Shown piece by piece: positions 38,944-48,310 of a stretch of DNA of 64,000 bases. The DNA is from Candidatus Latescibacterota bacterium (lineage in GTDB: Bacteria > Latescibacterota > UBA2968 > UBA8231), in the NCBI GenBank assembly GCA_963422735.1, contig OY730476.1, positions 2,592,001 to 2,656,000 on the forward strand. Direction: 5' to 3'. Numbering within the stretch: position 1 is the stretch's first letter; each line of letters opens with the position of its first letter. The position numbers and the translations under genes were made by a program. The notes under the pieces are model-generated. The model was not told the origin of the DNA. It did not search any database and worked only from the letters and a program-made list of their open reading frames with translations.

Positions 38944-41655
38944 ATGCAGACTATCCGTTTTACCCTAATTACCGCCATCCTTTTTTTAGGGATTGTTTCT
39001 CAAGGCGAAGCTTATACCTACCATTGGGAGATAGACGAGACGCTAGAGGGTACTGAAAGTGCAAGTCTCATTCAGCCCGTACAAGTGATACTGTTAGGTG
39101 AAGTGGTGGAGGTTGCGCCGCATAGTGCCTCTTTGCATTTGATGGAGAAGTATTCTGTGCATCTTGGTGCTGAATGGAGCGCAAGACAGGCTTATAGCTT
39201 ATTCCAAACTTTTGAATCCGTACCGCAAGAAACAAACGATCCTTACGATAAGGAGCCCACAGTGCCACTCTCTGTGTGGAAATTAACCGACCGCCACCTA
39301 GAAAATGACATTGTGGTGGAATTGCGAGACGGGGAGCAGATAGTCACTGTTGCTCGGGAAGCGTTTACATACGCGGAGCCACTTTTAGCCGAAATTGATG
39401 GTGTGCGAGGCAGGTTTTTCTCCAAAAGGCTCCATCGTGCCGTAGTTAGATTTGTAACCGATGGCGGTGCCGATCGACGTGCGCTTGAGCGCATATTACA
39501 AGAGTGCTACGCAGTCAGTCTAAACGTTCCTGACTATCGTGAACTCACAAAGTACACAACCGGCGAAGGTGAAGGTCGGTTTATGCCCTTCAAAAACGAA
39601 GAGCTCATGGCCCTTGCCTCCATGCTGGAGGAGTTCCCGCAGGGCATGCACCATACGCCGGGGCTGAACTACTTGGTTCGTCGCTTGGATGGCACACCTC
39701 ATCCCCTTTATCCAGTCGCAGGTGCCGTTGCGTGGACCAAGGAGGGCTACATAGAATTTATGGAGTCTGCTTTCAAGGAGGCTGGTCCAGCCTTCATCTA
39801 CCGCTTGATTCTACATGAAAAGGCTCACTTCTTATGGGAGCACCTGTTTGACGAACAACTCAAACAGGACTGGATCGAACTCGGCGGATGGTATAGAACT
39901 TCAGAGGGGACAAATCAAGATTCTGAAGCTGGTTATGCGGTCTCAGGCGACGCGGATGACTGGGCAACGACCAAGCAGACTGAGTTTGTCTCTGCGTATG
40001 CCCATCAGCACAACCCGAATGAAGATATGGCAGAGAGTATCAGTTTCTACGTTGTAAACCCTGATAAGTTGCGCTCGCGGGCACCGGCAAAATATGAGTT
40101 TATACAAAACCGGGTCATGCACGGTACGCGCTATATATCGCAGATCCGTTCGGACTTGACGTTTGAGGTATACAACCTCTATCCCGATATCGTGTATCCG
40201 GGACGAATTATACGAGTTGACATACAGGTCGATGGCCAGCCCGAGGAGGATAAGGAGATAACGATAGAGCTTGAACTTCACAGGGAAAACGATTTCGACA
40301 CGGCCCAAGCATTCCCTCTCCGAGTCTTCAGTGAAAAAGGCTCTTTCTTTGATGTCTGGCTTGACCCAATTGACTCTAATGGAAGACGCGTCAATGCGGG
40401 ATATATTTTGCGCGGGCATAAGGCTCTCTCCAAACATGCGGCGAAGGGCTATTGGCGACCCGATCAGATTACGCTCCGAGATGCCCTAGGCAATGAGCGG
40501 CACGAATCCCAAGTCGATTTCGGGTGGAAACTCTATGTTGATAATCCGCTCGCAGATGACGAAGCACCGGTTTATGTCAAAGATTCAATGAAACTCTCTT
40601 TGTTGGAAGGAACGGAAGCCGGAAGGACTTACCAAATTCTGACCGCCCGTTGGCAACTTTTTGAAGAGACGGGTATCGAGGGTGTCTTAGCAATGCTGAA
40701 CGACGCGAGTTCTGAAACCTACTCTCGTCGTTCGGAAAACTGGGGAGAGTACGATCCAGAAACCAGCGAAGCGAGTGTTGAACTCGTAATTCCCGATTAC
40801 TTCCCAAGCGGTATCTGGAAGCTCAACTTCATTTTAATGGAGGATATTGCCTTAAACACTCGGGGTGTATATTTCACGGACCCAAGGCATGGTTTAAGAG
40901 ACGAAGACATAGTAATTGATGAATTGCCTGCCTCTATTAATATCCAGACAACAAATCCAGATACTACCCCGCCTGTATTAGATTTAAATCAAATTACAAT
41001 TCAGGCAGAACCGACCAATATAGAAGCACCAAACGGCGAAACAAAGATTGATATTACCTTTAGGGCCAAGGATAATATCAGTGGATACAGAGCGACGGAC
41101 ATGCTTTTACGCGACCCCCAAGGCGTAGAGCATTTTTTTAGACACCACAGCCCCGACTTTTACAAGGTCTATTTCTCAGGGGATCCGACGGTCTATCAGA
41201 CCTACGAGCAAACCATTATTTTGCCAGTCGGCAGCGTCCCTGGTGTATGGGGACTTGCTGAAATGACGGTGTGGGACAAGGCGCAGAACAAGTTTCTGGC
41301 CGACTTTACTGAAATCGTCCGCTTTGAGGTCGAACCAGCGAGTGCCAAACTGTTGACGACGGCCCAAGAGTTGTCCGGTGGTCCGCAATTGCATCAGAAC
41401 GCGCCCAATCCGTTCAACAGCCAGACCGTCATTTCGTACTTCCTCTTGGAACCAGATTCGGCGCACTTAGAGGTGTTCGCGTTGACCGGGCAGCGGGTAG
41501 CGATTTTGCGTCAAGGTCCGCAGCAAGCAGGCCGCTACCGCCTCCACTGGGACGGTCGGGACAGCGAGGGCCGCCCTCTAGCCAGCGGCATCTATCTGTA
41601 TCGACTGGTGACCGCCGAGGGTGTTCTGACGCGCAAGCTCACTCTGCTGCGGTGA
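38944..41655 (+). CDS. secreted zinc metallopeptidase (HExxH) with C-terminal FlgD/T9SS-type CTD
   Basis: Signal peptide; ILHEKAH (39814-39828); FVSAYA..NPNEDMAES; QNAPNPFN...WDGRD...ASGIYLYRL...KLTLLR. Confidence 0.8.
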   Translation: MQTIRFTLITAILFLGIVSQGEAYTYHWEIDETLEGTESASLIQPVQVILLGEVVEVAPHSASLHLMEKYSVHLGAEWSARQAYSLFQTFESVPQETNDPYDKEPTVPLSVWKLTDRHLENDIVVELRDGEQIVTVAREAFTYAEPLLAEIDGVRGRFFSKRLHRAVVRFVTDGGADRRALERILQECYAVSLNVPDYRELTKYTTGEGEGRFMPFKNEELMALASMLEEFPQGMHHTPGLNYLVRRLDGTPHPLYPVAGAVAWTKEGYIEFMESAFKEAGPAFIYRLILHEKAHFLWEHLFDEQLKQDWIELGGWYRTSEGTNQDSEAGYAVSGDADDWATTKQTEFVSAYAHQHNPNEDMAESISFYVVNPDKLRSRAPAKYEFIQNRVMHGTRYISQIRSDLTFEVYNLYPDIVYPGRIIRVDIQVDGQPEEDKEITIELELHRENDFDTAQAFPLRVFSEKGSFFDVWLDPIDSNGRRVNAGYILRGHKALSKHAAKGYWRPDQITLRDALGNERHESQVDFGWKLYVDNPLADDEAPVYVKDSMKLSLLEGTEAGRTYQILTARWQLFEETGIEGVLAMLNDASSETYSRRSENWGEYDPETSEASVELVIPDYFPSGIWKLNFILMEDIALNTRGVYFTDPRHGLRDEDIVIDELPASINIQTTNPDTTPPVLDLNQITIQAEPTNIEAPNGETKIDITFRAKDNISGYRATDMLLRDPQGVEHFFRHHSPDFYKVYFSGDPTVYQTYEQTIILPVGSVPGVWGLAEMTVWDKAQNKFLADFTEIVRFEVEPASAKLLTTAQELSGGPQLHQNAPNPFNSQTVISYFLLEPDSAHLEVFALTGQRVAILRQGPQQAGRYRLHWDGRDSEGRPLASGIYLYRLVTAEGVLTRKLTLLR

Positions 41656-41703
41656 TCGGAGCACCTTGGATTTATTAGTGGACCTGATGGAGGAAACTAG
41701 AAA

Positions 41704-41914
41704 ATGAAAAAGCTGCCATGGGCGGCAAGGCATGTATTTTCGAGCTACGAGTGACGGTTGGAACCGTCGTAGGACTTTTGGCAGCCGGTCGCCCGCAGAG
41801 CTTCTGAAAGCCTACCTCCCGTACCTTGACTTGGAAGATATAGGTAGGCCTAGCTCTGCCTATGCCGCATAGCGGGTTGAAGCACGAGAAGTTGCCTTAG
41901 CCCATGGCGATTGA
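41704..41914 (+). pseudogene. second DUF433 antitoxin, pseudogene
   Basis: GGAGG RBS, MKKLP [deletion] MGGKACIFELRVTVGTVVGLLAAGR [frameshift] ELLKAY.PYLDLEDI...AYAA*RVEAREV. Confidence 0.75.
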
Positions 41915-41987
41915 GTACGCCGGGGAGCACACAAATATCCCAAATTTCGCCTCCGAGCGTCAACCAAGAGTGGATGTATCCTAGAAG

Positions 41988-44900
41988 ATGCCCGATGGAA
42001 GCCTCAGAGTAAGCCTCCGGGTGTTGTGCCCGGGGGCTTGCCTTTTCTTGGAAGCCTTGCTACTCACAAGCCCAGCGGTTGCCGCCGGGTCCGATGCGGA
42101 GGCGAGTCTGCGGCGCACGGTAGAGGCGTTGTCCGCACCTGCCTCGCGGATGACGGGCTATCCGGGGGCTGCGGTAGCCCGCGAGTGGCTGGTCGCCGAG
42201 CTAGAGAGCTTGGGGATAGCAGAATTCTACCGGCATGAGTTCCCGGTGTTGGTACCGATCGACGAAGGGTTCTGGCTCGAATGCGGCGAGGAATCCCTCC
42301 GATTGTTCGGCGTCTGGCCCAATTTGGTGCGGACGCCGACTCTGCCCCTTGGTGGGATTGAGGCCGAATTGGTGTACGGTGGGGACGGACGGCTACTCGA
42401 AGGGCAACCGGTGGCCGGGCGGATCGTCCTGCTCGATTATGCCTCGGGCTCGGCTTGGGTGGACGCGTTTCACTTGGGGGCGGCGGCCGTGGTGTTTTTG
42501 GAATCGACAGGTGCCCATCGCAAGGAAGCCGAGCAGAAATTCCTCGACGTGCCGGCAGATTTGCCGCGGCTTTATGCGCGCAAAGACGTGGCGGAACGCT
42601 TGCGGATGCTGGAAAGGTCGCGGGCGCAGGTGCGCTTGCGGGGGGCGATGGCGTGGCGGGAGGTGACCGCCCAGAATCTGATCGCCGTGGTCCCTGGGCG
42701 AGATGCGACATTGAGGGAGGAGATCGTCTTCCTCGCCGCGCATTACGACGCTGTGTCGCCGGTGCCCGCGTTAGCGCCGGGAGCTGAGCAAGCGGCAAGT
42801 GCGGCCGCGCTCTTGGAATTGGCCCGGGGGTTTGCCAAGTGGCCGCCCAAGCGCACGGTCGCGTTGCTGTGGACGGCCGGGCACTTCCAGAACATGGCGG
42901 GTATGCGCCATTTTGCACCGTTGTTGCTGGCGGCCGCGCGGCTGCGGGAGGGCGAAGTGGACAGGTCCGCGCTTTTGCAGCGGCTCAGTGCGCTGGAGAC
43001 GCGCTTTTTGGTGGGCTTGGATCTGTCGTCGCACAGCCCGCTGCTCGGGGCGTTCAAGCCGCGAGCTCCGTATCGCGTCTCATTGCTCGCGCCGCCCATC
43101 ACTAATCGGTTGCTAAAGCTGGTAACGGCGTACGAGGATTCCGCGTTGGGGGGCAAGCAGGTGCTGGTCAATGGCCTGAAGCAGGACTTTGCCCGCCAAG
43201 GCTTGGGGGGAATGGGGCTGACGGTGCCGTTGGACGCGGCGGTAGCAGCCCTCGCAGGATGTCCGGCGTTGGCCTTTTGCACGGTCAACGACAGCCGCGC
43301 GCGCTTTGACGCGCCCGACGATGACCCTGCGGCGGTGCGCTTTGACTGGTTGGCCGATCAAGTCGCGTTGCTGCGGGCCGTGCTGCCCGCGCTTATTGAC
43401 GACCCGGAGTTGGAACCGTGGGCTTGGGGCAACGATGCGTTTGGTACCATTCGCGGGGAGGTGGTCCACTACGGGCCGCGCAGCTATCTGCCGGATCAGC
43501 CTACGGCCGGGGCGTTGGTGCGGGTGCGGCTGCGCCAGCCGACGTTGGCTGGGGTGCGGCCGGATTTTTGGGCGGCGACGGATGATTCGGGACGATTTGC
43601 CATTCCCGGGGTCGAGTCTGGCATCATTTACACGAAGCCGGTGCGGTTGGAGGCGTATCGGCTCGATGCGGAGACCGGAGCGGTGACGGATGCGCCGGAC
43701 TGGGGGATCAATGGGGAGCGCAAGTTGCCCGGCCGTGCGCTGACGGTGCGGATGGATAGTGCCGAGGAAGAGGTGCAGATCGTCACCGCACCACTGCGGG
43801 GGACGACGCTATTTGGAATTTTTGATCCGCGCAATTTGTTGACCTTGGAGCGCGTCCAAGCGATTGACGCGGCACTGGAAGCCGAGCCGGTAGCGTACGG
43901 AGCTTGTCTGCCGCTGACGGCTCCAGAAATGGAGTTGTTCAGCTACGAAAATCGGGTGGGGTCGTGGACGGAGCCGGTCGGCGTGCTTTTTACGCCTCCT
44001 GCTAAGCGGTTCAAGGTCGTGATGGCGACAGGCCGCTATGGGTTGGGGCGACGTCTGCTGTTGCTCAATGGGACGGGGGATGTTCCGAGCGGGGTGGGTT
44101 ATGCCGTTGATGGGAAGGGGCGCGTCGTGGAAACGGTGTATCGGGTGGCTGCCGATATGCACATGCTCAATGGCGAGCGGATTGACCGGCTGGAGCGACA
44201 CAGCGTCCGCAATGGGCGGCTGGCGGCGTTTCACGAGCGATCGGCCGAATTGCTGGCAGAAGCAGAAACGGCGCGCGCTGAGCATCGGCACCGAGACTTT
44301 GTCGATCGGGCGCGGCGTGCTTGGGCGCTGGCCGCGGCGGCTTATCGGGATGTCGAGCGGACGCAAGCTGGGGTGGTGCAGGGCGCACTCTTTTTGTTGG
44401 CCGTGCTGATTCCCTTTGCCCACTTTGCCGAGCGTTTGGCATTTGGCTTTGCCGACTTGCGGCGGCAGGTATTGGGGTATTTCGCGCTCTTTCTCGTTGG
44501 CTTTGTCGCCCTGCGCTATGTGCATCCGGCCTTTGAGTTGTCGATCTCGCCGGCGATTATTCTGCTCGGCTTCGTCATCCTAGCCTTGGGAATTTTAGTA
44601 ACGGCCTTAGGAATGTCGCGATTGAATCGAGAGTTGCAGGCGTTGGGCCCTAGGCGTGAGCAAATCGCGGTGCAGCGGTCGGGTGCGGTGCTGACTTCGG
44701 TCGCCGTGGGATTGGCGCATTTGCGGCGGCGGCCGTGGCGCACGGGACTGACCTGCGCGACGCTGGTGCTGTTGACCTTTGCCGTGCTGTCCTTCACGTC
44801 GATCCGCGCTGCGCTGCACACGAATTGGATTGCGATTGGCTCGGACGCGGCATACGAGGGCGCGTTGGTGCGGATGCCGGGCTGGCAGGCCATGGAGATG

Positions 44901-46403
44901 GAAGGCTACGACCTGTTGCGCGATTGGTTTGGCGATGAGCAGGTCGCGCCGCGCGCATGGCTGTCGGTGGGATCGCTGGCGTCGTCCTACCGAGTCGAGA
45001 GGGATGACGTAGAGGAGCGAGCGGTTGGGGTCTGGGGGTTTGTCGGGTTAGTGGCGCAAGAGGAGGATTTGGTCGGGCCGGAGGTGGTAGCCGGGCGGTG
45101 GCTGCGGCCCGGGGAAGAGGACGCCTGTCTGTTGCCGGTAGGATTGGCGGATTCTTTGGGGGTAAGCACCGAGAAATTGGGGCAGGAGCGGGTGCGAGTC
45201 TTTGGGGAAGTATTTCGGGTTGTTGGGTTGCTAGCAGATGACGCGCTGGACCGGCTCGATCTGAATGGCGAGCCGCTGACTCCATTGGATCCAGAGGCGC
45301 AACAGCCTTCGGAAGCGGAAGTGGGACGTGGGCAGGGGGGGAAGTTGCGGCCGTTTGCCCATTTGCCCGCGTCGGCGACGCCGGTTTTGCCGTTTGCCGC
45401 GCTGATGCGGTGGGAAGGAGTGCGGCTGGCATCGGTGGGGATCCGATTGGATGGGACGACGGAGGGCGTCACAACTCGCGGTGCGCTGGCAGATCTGGCG
45501 CAGACGTTGGATTTGAACCTGTTCGCCGGCCTCGGGGGGCAGCGTTTGCTCGTCAATTCGGTTGGGGTGGCGTCGGTGTCGGGATGGGGGTCGTTGATCG
45601 TGCCACTGCTGATCGCCGCGTTGATCGTGTTCAACACCATGCTCGGGGCCGTGTACGAGCGGACGCGGGAAATTGGTACCTTTAACGCGGTCGGCTTAGC
45701 TCCCGGGCACGTCAGTGGGCTGTTCATGGCGGAGGCAGTGGCGTTGGGAGTGGTCGGCACGGTCGCTGGATATTTGCTCGGACAAGGCGCGGCGCAGCTT
45801 TTGAACCAAGGGGGACTTTTGCCCGGGCTGGAACTGAATTACTCGTCGCTGGGGGCGGTGCTCACCGTTGGCGCGATCGCGCTGTTGGTGGTGGCGTCGG
45901 CGCTCTATCCGGCGCACATGGCCGGGCGGATCTGTACGCCGGGGATTGAACGGCGGTGGAAGCTGCCGGTCGTCGAGGGCGAGCATTTGCATGTGCAACT
46001 GCCCTTCTCGCTAGCGCGGCGCGAAGCACTCGGCATGGCGGCGTTCCAGGCAGAATCGTGGGCAGCAAATCAGGAGCAGTCTATCGGCGCGGGATTTTAC
46101 GTCGAAGCCTTGCAGGTGGAGCAGATAGGGAAGAAGGTGCGCGTGGCGGCGCAGGTGTGGTTGGCACCGTTTGACCAAGGCGTGGTGCAAAAGACCGTGA
46201 TGGAGATAGGGCCGGGGGTGGACCCGCACTATTGCGATATTCACGTTGACCTGGCTTTGGTGGCTGGGGATCTGGCGACGTGGCAGCGAGTGGTGCGCAC
46301 CTTTTTGGACGATGTGCGCAAGCAGTTTTTGATCTGGCGCACCTTGGCAGCGGATAGCCGCCGCTACTACGCTGAGCAGTTGCCACAGTGGGAGCGAGGC
46401 TGA
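41988..46403 (+). CDS. giant membrane protein: M28/PA-like (nicalin-like, degenerate) ectodomain fused to MacB/FtsX-type permease
   Basis: SRMTGYPG; PA insert; AHYDAVSPVPALAPGAEQ; TM block; RRRPWRTGLT; FtsX motif AVYERTREIG...VG. Confidence 0.8.
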   Translation: MPDGSLRVSLRVLCPGACLFLEALLLTSPAVAAGSDAEASLRRTVEALSAPASRMTGYPGAAVAREWLVAELESLGIAEFYRHEFPVLVPIDEGFWLECGEESLRLFGVWPNLVRTPTLPLGGIEAELVYGGDGRLLEGQPVAGRIVLLDYASGSAWVDAFHLGAAAVVFLESTGAHRKEAEQKFLDVPADLPRLYARKDVAERLRMLERSRAQVRLRGAMAWREVTAQNLIAVVPGRDATLREEIVFLAAHYDAVSPVPALAPGAEQAASAAALLELARGFAKWPPKRTVALLWTAGHFQNMAGMRHFAPLLLAAARLREGEVDRSALLQRLSALETRFLVGLDLSSHSPLLGAFKPRAPYRVSLLAPPITNRLLKLVTAYEDSALGGKQVLVNGLKQDFARQGLGGMGLTVPLDAAVAALAGCPALAFCTVNDSRARFDAPDDDPAAVRFDWLADQVALLRAVLPALIDDPELEPWAWGNDAFGTIRGEVVHYGPRSYLPDQPTAGALVRVRLRQPTLAGVRPDFWAATDDSGRFAIPGVESGIIYTKPVRLEAYRLDAETGAVTDAPDWGINGERKLPGRALTVRMDSAEEEVQIVTAPLRGTTLFGIFDPRNLLTLERVQAIDAALEAEPVAYGACLPLTAPEMELFSYENRVGSWTEPVGVLFTPPAKRFKVVMATGRYGLGRRLLLLNGTGDVPSGVGYAVDGKGRVVETVYRVAADMHMLNGERIDRLERHSVRNGRLAAFHERSAELLAEAETARAEHRHRDFVDRARRAWALAAAAYRDVERTQAGVVQGALFLLAVLIPFAHFAERLAFGFADLRRQVLGYFALFLVGFVALRYVHPAFELSISPAIILLGFVILALGILVTALGMSRLNRELQALGPRREQIAVQRSGAVLTSVAVGLAHLRRRPWRTGLTCATLVLLTFAVLSFTSIRAALHTNWIAIGSDAAYEGALVRMPGWQAMEMEGYDLLRDWFGDEQVAPRAWLSVGSLASSYRVERDDVEERAVGVWGFVGLVAQEEDLVGPEVVAGRWLRPGEEDACLLPVGLADSLGVSTEKLGQERVRVFGEVFRVVGLLADDALDRLDLNGEPLTPLDPEAQQPSEAEVGRGQGGKLRPFAHLPASATPVLPFAALMRWEGVRLASVGIRLDGTTEGVTTRGALADLAQTLDLNLFAGLGGQRLLVNSVGVASVSGWGSLIVPLLIAALIVFNTMLGAVYERTREIGTFNAVGLAPGHVSGLFMAEAVALGVVGTVAGYLLGQGAAQLLNQGGLLPGLELNYSSLGAVLTVGAIALLVVASALYPAHMAGRICTPGIERRWKLPVVEGEHLHVQLPFSLARREALGMAAFQAESWAANQEQSIGAGFYVEALQVEQIGKKVRVAAQVWLAPFDQGVVQKTVMEIGPGVDPHYCDIHVDLALVAGDLATWQRVVRTFLDDVRKQFLIWRTLAADSRRYYAEQLPQWERG

Positions 46404-46405
46404 AC

Positions 46406-48310
46406 ATGGCCGCGCTGCGCTTGGCATTGCTCATAGTCGGCATCACGGTCGCAAGTGGGTGGTTGCTCCAGCGCGTCGAGTTGCTGTACAACGGACCGCA
46501 TTTGGCCGGGGCCGGGAGTATGCCTGGGGCTCAAGTCTTTCTCGCCGTGCCATTAGGGGCTTTGGCGGCGGCTACCTTAATGCGTCGCTTGCTCGGCCCA
46601 GGGGATCGCGCGGTACTCTACGCCGCGCTGGCAATCGGGGTGTCGGCGACTGCTTCCGGCCTGATGCACCGCTTTTTGCCGGGCTTAGTGACGGGTTTCT
46701 ACGGGGGCTTTGCCCAGCCGACTGGCCCCTATTACCGCTTTCTGCAGGTCGTCCCGGACTGGCTGGTCCCGGGCGGTCCGAATGAGGCCCCGGCCATCGG
46801 GGCGTTTGAAGGAGGCGCGGCCGTGCCTTGGGGGGCGTGGCTGTGGCCGCTGGCCATGTGGACCGCATTTTTCGGCGCGTTTTTTCTGACCTGCTTTTGT
46901 TTGGTGTGGCTTTTGCGGCAACGCTGGCTGGAGACCGAGCGGTTGGGATTCCCGCTGCTTGAAGTACCTCGCGCTCTCATTGCCGGAGACCTGTTTGGCC
47001 AACGGCTGTTTTGGTGGGGCGCATTGGTGCCGGGCGCACTGTTGGGAATCAATGGGTGGAACCATTACGCGCCGTCTGTGCCCGAGATCGCCACGAGCTT
47101 GAACATGGTCGATTTCCTCCTCGATGACCCGTGGAAAGCCATGGCTCCCTTTGAGTCGCCGTTCTACTTCAAGTTTGTTCCCCTGTTGGTGGGCACGGCC
47201 TTTCTCGCACCCGTCGAGGTGTCGTTCAGCACGTGGTTTTTCTATCTGTTCACCCGTGTACAATTGCTAGTGGCGCATTTTCTCGGGCGACTCGAATATC
47301 GAGGCGACTTCATCCCCGGGCACGGATCGCCGTGGCTAGACTGGCCTAGTCACTTTCCTTTTTTTATGACCCAAGCGCGCGGCGGCTTGCTGTTTTTGGG
47401 GCTGTTCAGCCTGTGGTCAGCACGGCGGGCCTTGGCGGCGGCAGTCTCTTGGCGCAGCTGGACGACATGGGGGCTTGTGGCCGGGCTGCTGATGCTGTGG
47501 GTGTGGACTACGGCTTTGGGAATACCGCCGCTTATGGGCATCGCGGCGTTGTTGCTGGTGTTGCTGTTGGCGTTGACGTTTGCACGGCTGCGGGTCGACG
47601 GGGGCCTGCCTATTGTGGGAATGCCGCAGATCGTGGGCTACCTGTCCTTCGTGGCATTGGGGACCGGGGCCGGGCGTTTTACCGATGCGACCTACATGGG
47701 CTTTGGCTTTTTGGCGGTATTTGGCTTTACGATGATTGGGCTCTGGCCCGCCTTGCAATTTGAGGGGCTGAAGTTGGCAGAGATGCACGGGGTGTCGCCG
47801 CGTCGCTTGATTTGGGGAATGGTTTTGGGGCTCGTCGTTGGGCTGGGGGCTGGCTATGTATTTTCACTCGAAACGATCTACGAACACGGGCTTTTTGCCT
47901 TGCAGGAACAGGGTGGCGCACGGGATGAAGCACGCATTGGCCGCTACTACAACTACTTGTTCAAAGACGCCGGCACAGTGGATGGGGACACGGACTGGGT
48001 GCGCCTAGGATTTCACGCGGCCGGGGCGGGTTTTACCTATTTCTTAGCGTTGATGCGCCAGCACGTTCTCCGCTGGCCCTTACATCCCATGGGCTTTGTG
48101 TTTGGCACGGGTTTTGGCGGGCTGGTGTGGGGGTCGGTGTTGTGCGGCTGGCTGTGCAAGTGGCTGGCGGTGCGCTACGGCGGTGCACAAACTTATCGGC
48201 GGGTCATGCCGTTTTTCTTGGGAATGATTTGTGGAGAGGTCGCGATGCGGTTGTTGTGGGCCGCGGTCGCACTGTGGCGGGGCGAGATGGGGGGAGGATA
48301 CCGGCCGTAA
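46406..48310 (+). CDS. DUF6785/DUF6784-type membrane protein
   Basis: WLETERLGFPL, RWPLHPMG, YRRVMPFFLGMICG; starts 2 nt after the upstream stop. Confidence 0.75.
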   Translation: MAALRLALLIVGITVASGWLLQRVELLYNGPHLAGAGSMPGAQVFLAVPLGALAAATLMRRLLGPGDRAVLYAALAIGVSATASGLMHRFLPGLVTGFYGGFAQPTGPYYRFLQVVPDWLVPGGPNEAPAIGAFEGGAAVPWGAWLWPLAMWTAFFGAFFLTCFCLVWLLRQRWLETERLGFPLLEVPRALIAGDLFGQRLFWWGALVPGALLGINGWNHYAPSVPEIATSLNMVDFLLDDPWKAMAPFESPFYFKFVPLLVGTAFLAPVEVSFSTWFFYLFTRVQLLVAHFLGRLEYRGDFIPGHGSPWLDWPSHFPFFMTQARGGLLFLGLFSLWSARRALAAAVSWRSWTTWGLVAGLLMLWVWTTALGIPPLMGIAALLLVLLLALTFARLRVDGGLPIVGMPQIVGYLSFVALGTGAGRFTDATYMGFGFLAVFGFTMIGLWPALQFEGLKLAEMHGVSPRRLIWGMVLGLVVGLGAGYVFSLETIYEHGLFALQEQGGARDEARIGRYYNYLFKDAGTVDGDTDWVRLGFHAAGAGFTYFLALMRQHVLRWPLHPMGFVFGTGFGGLVWGSVLCGWLCKWLAVRYGGAQTYRRVMPFFLGMICGEVAMRLLWAAVALWRGEMGGGYRP

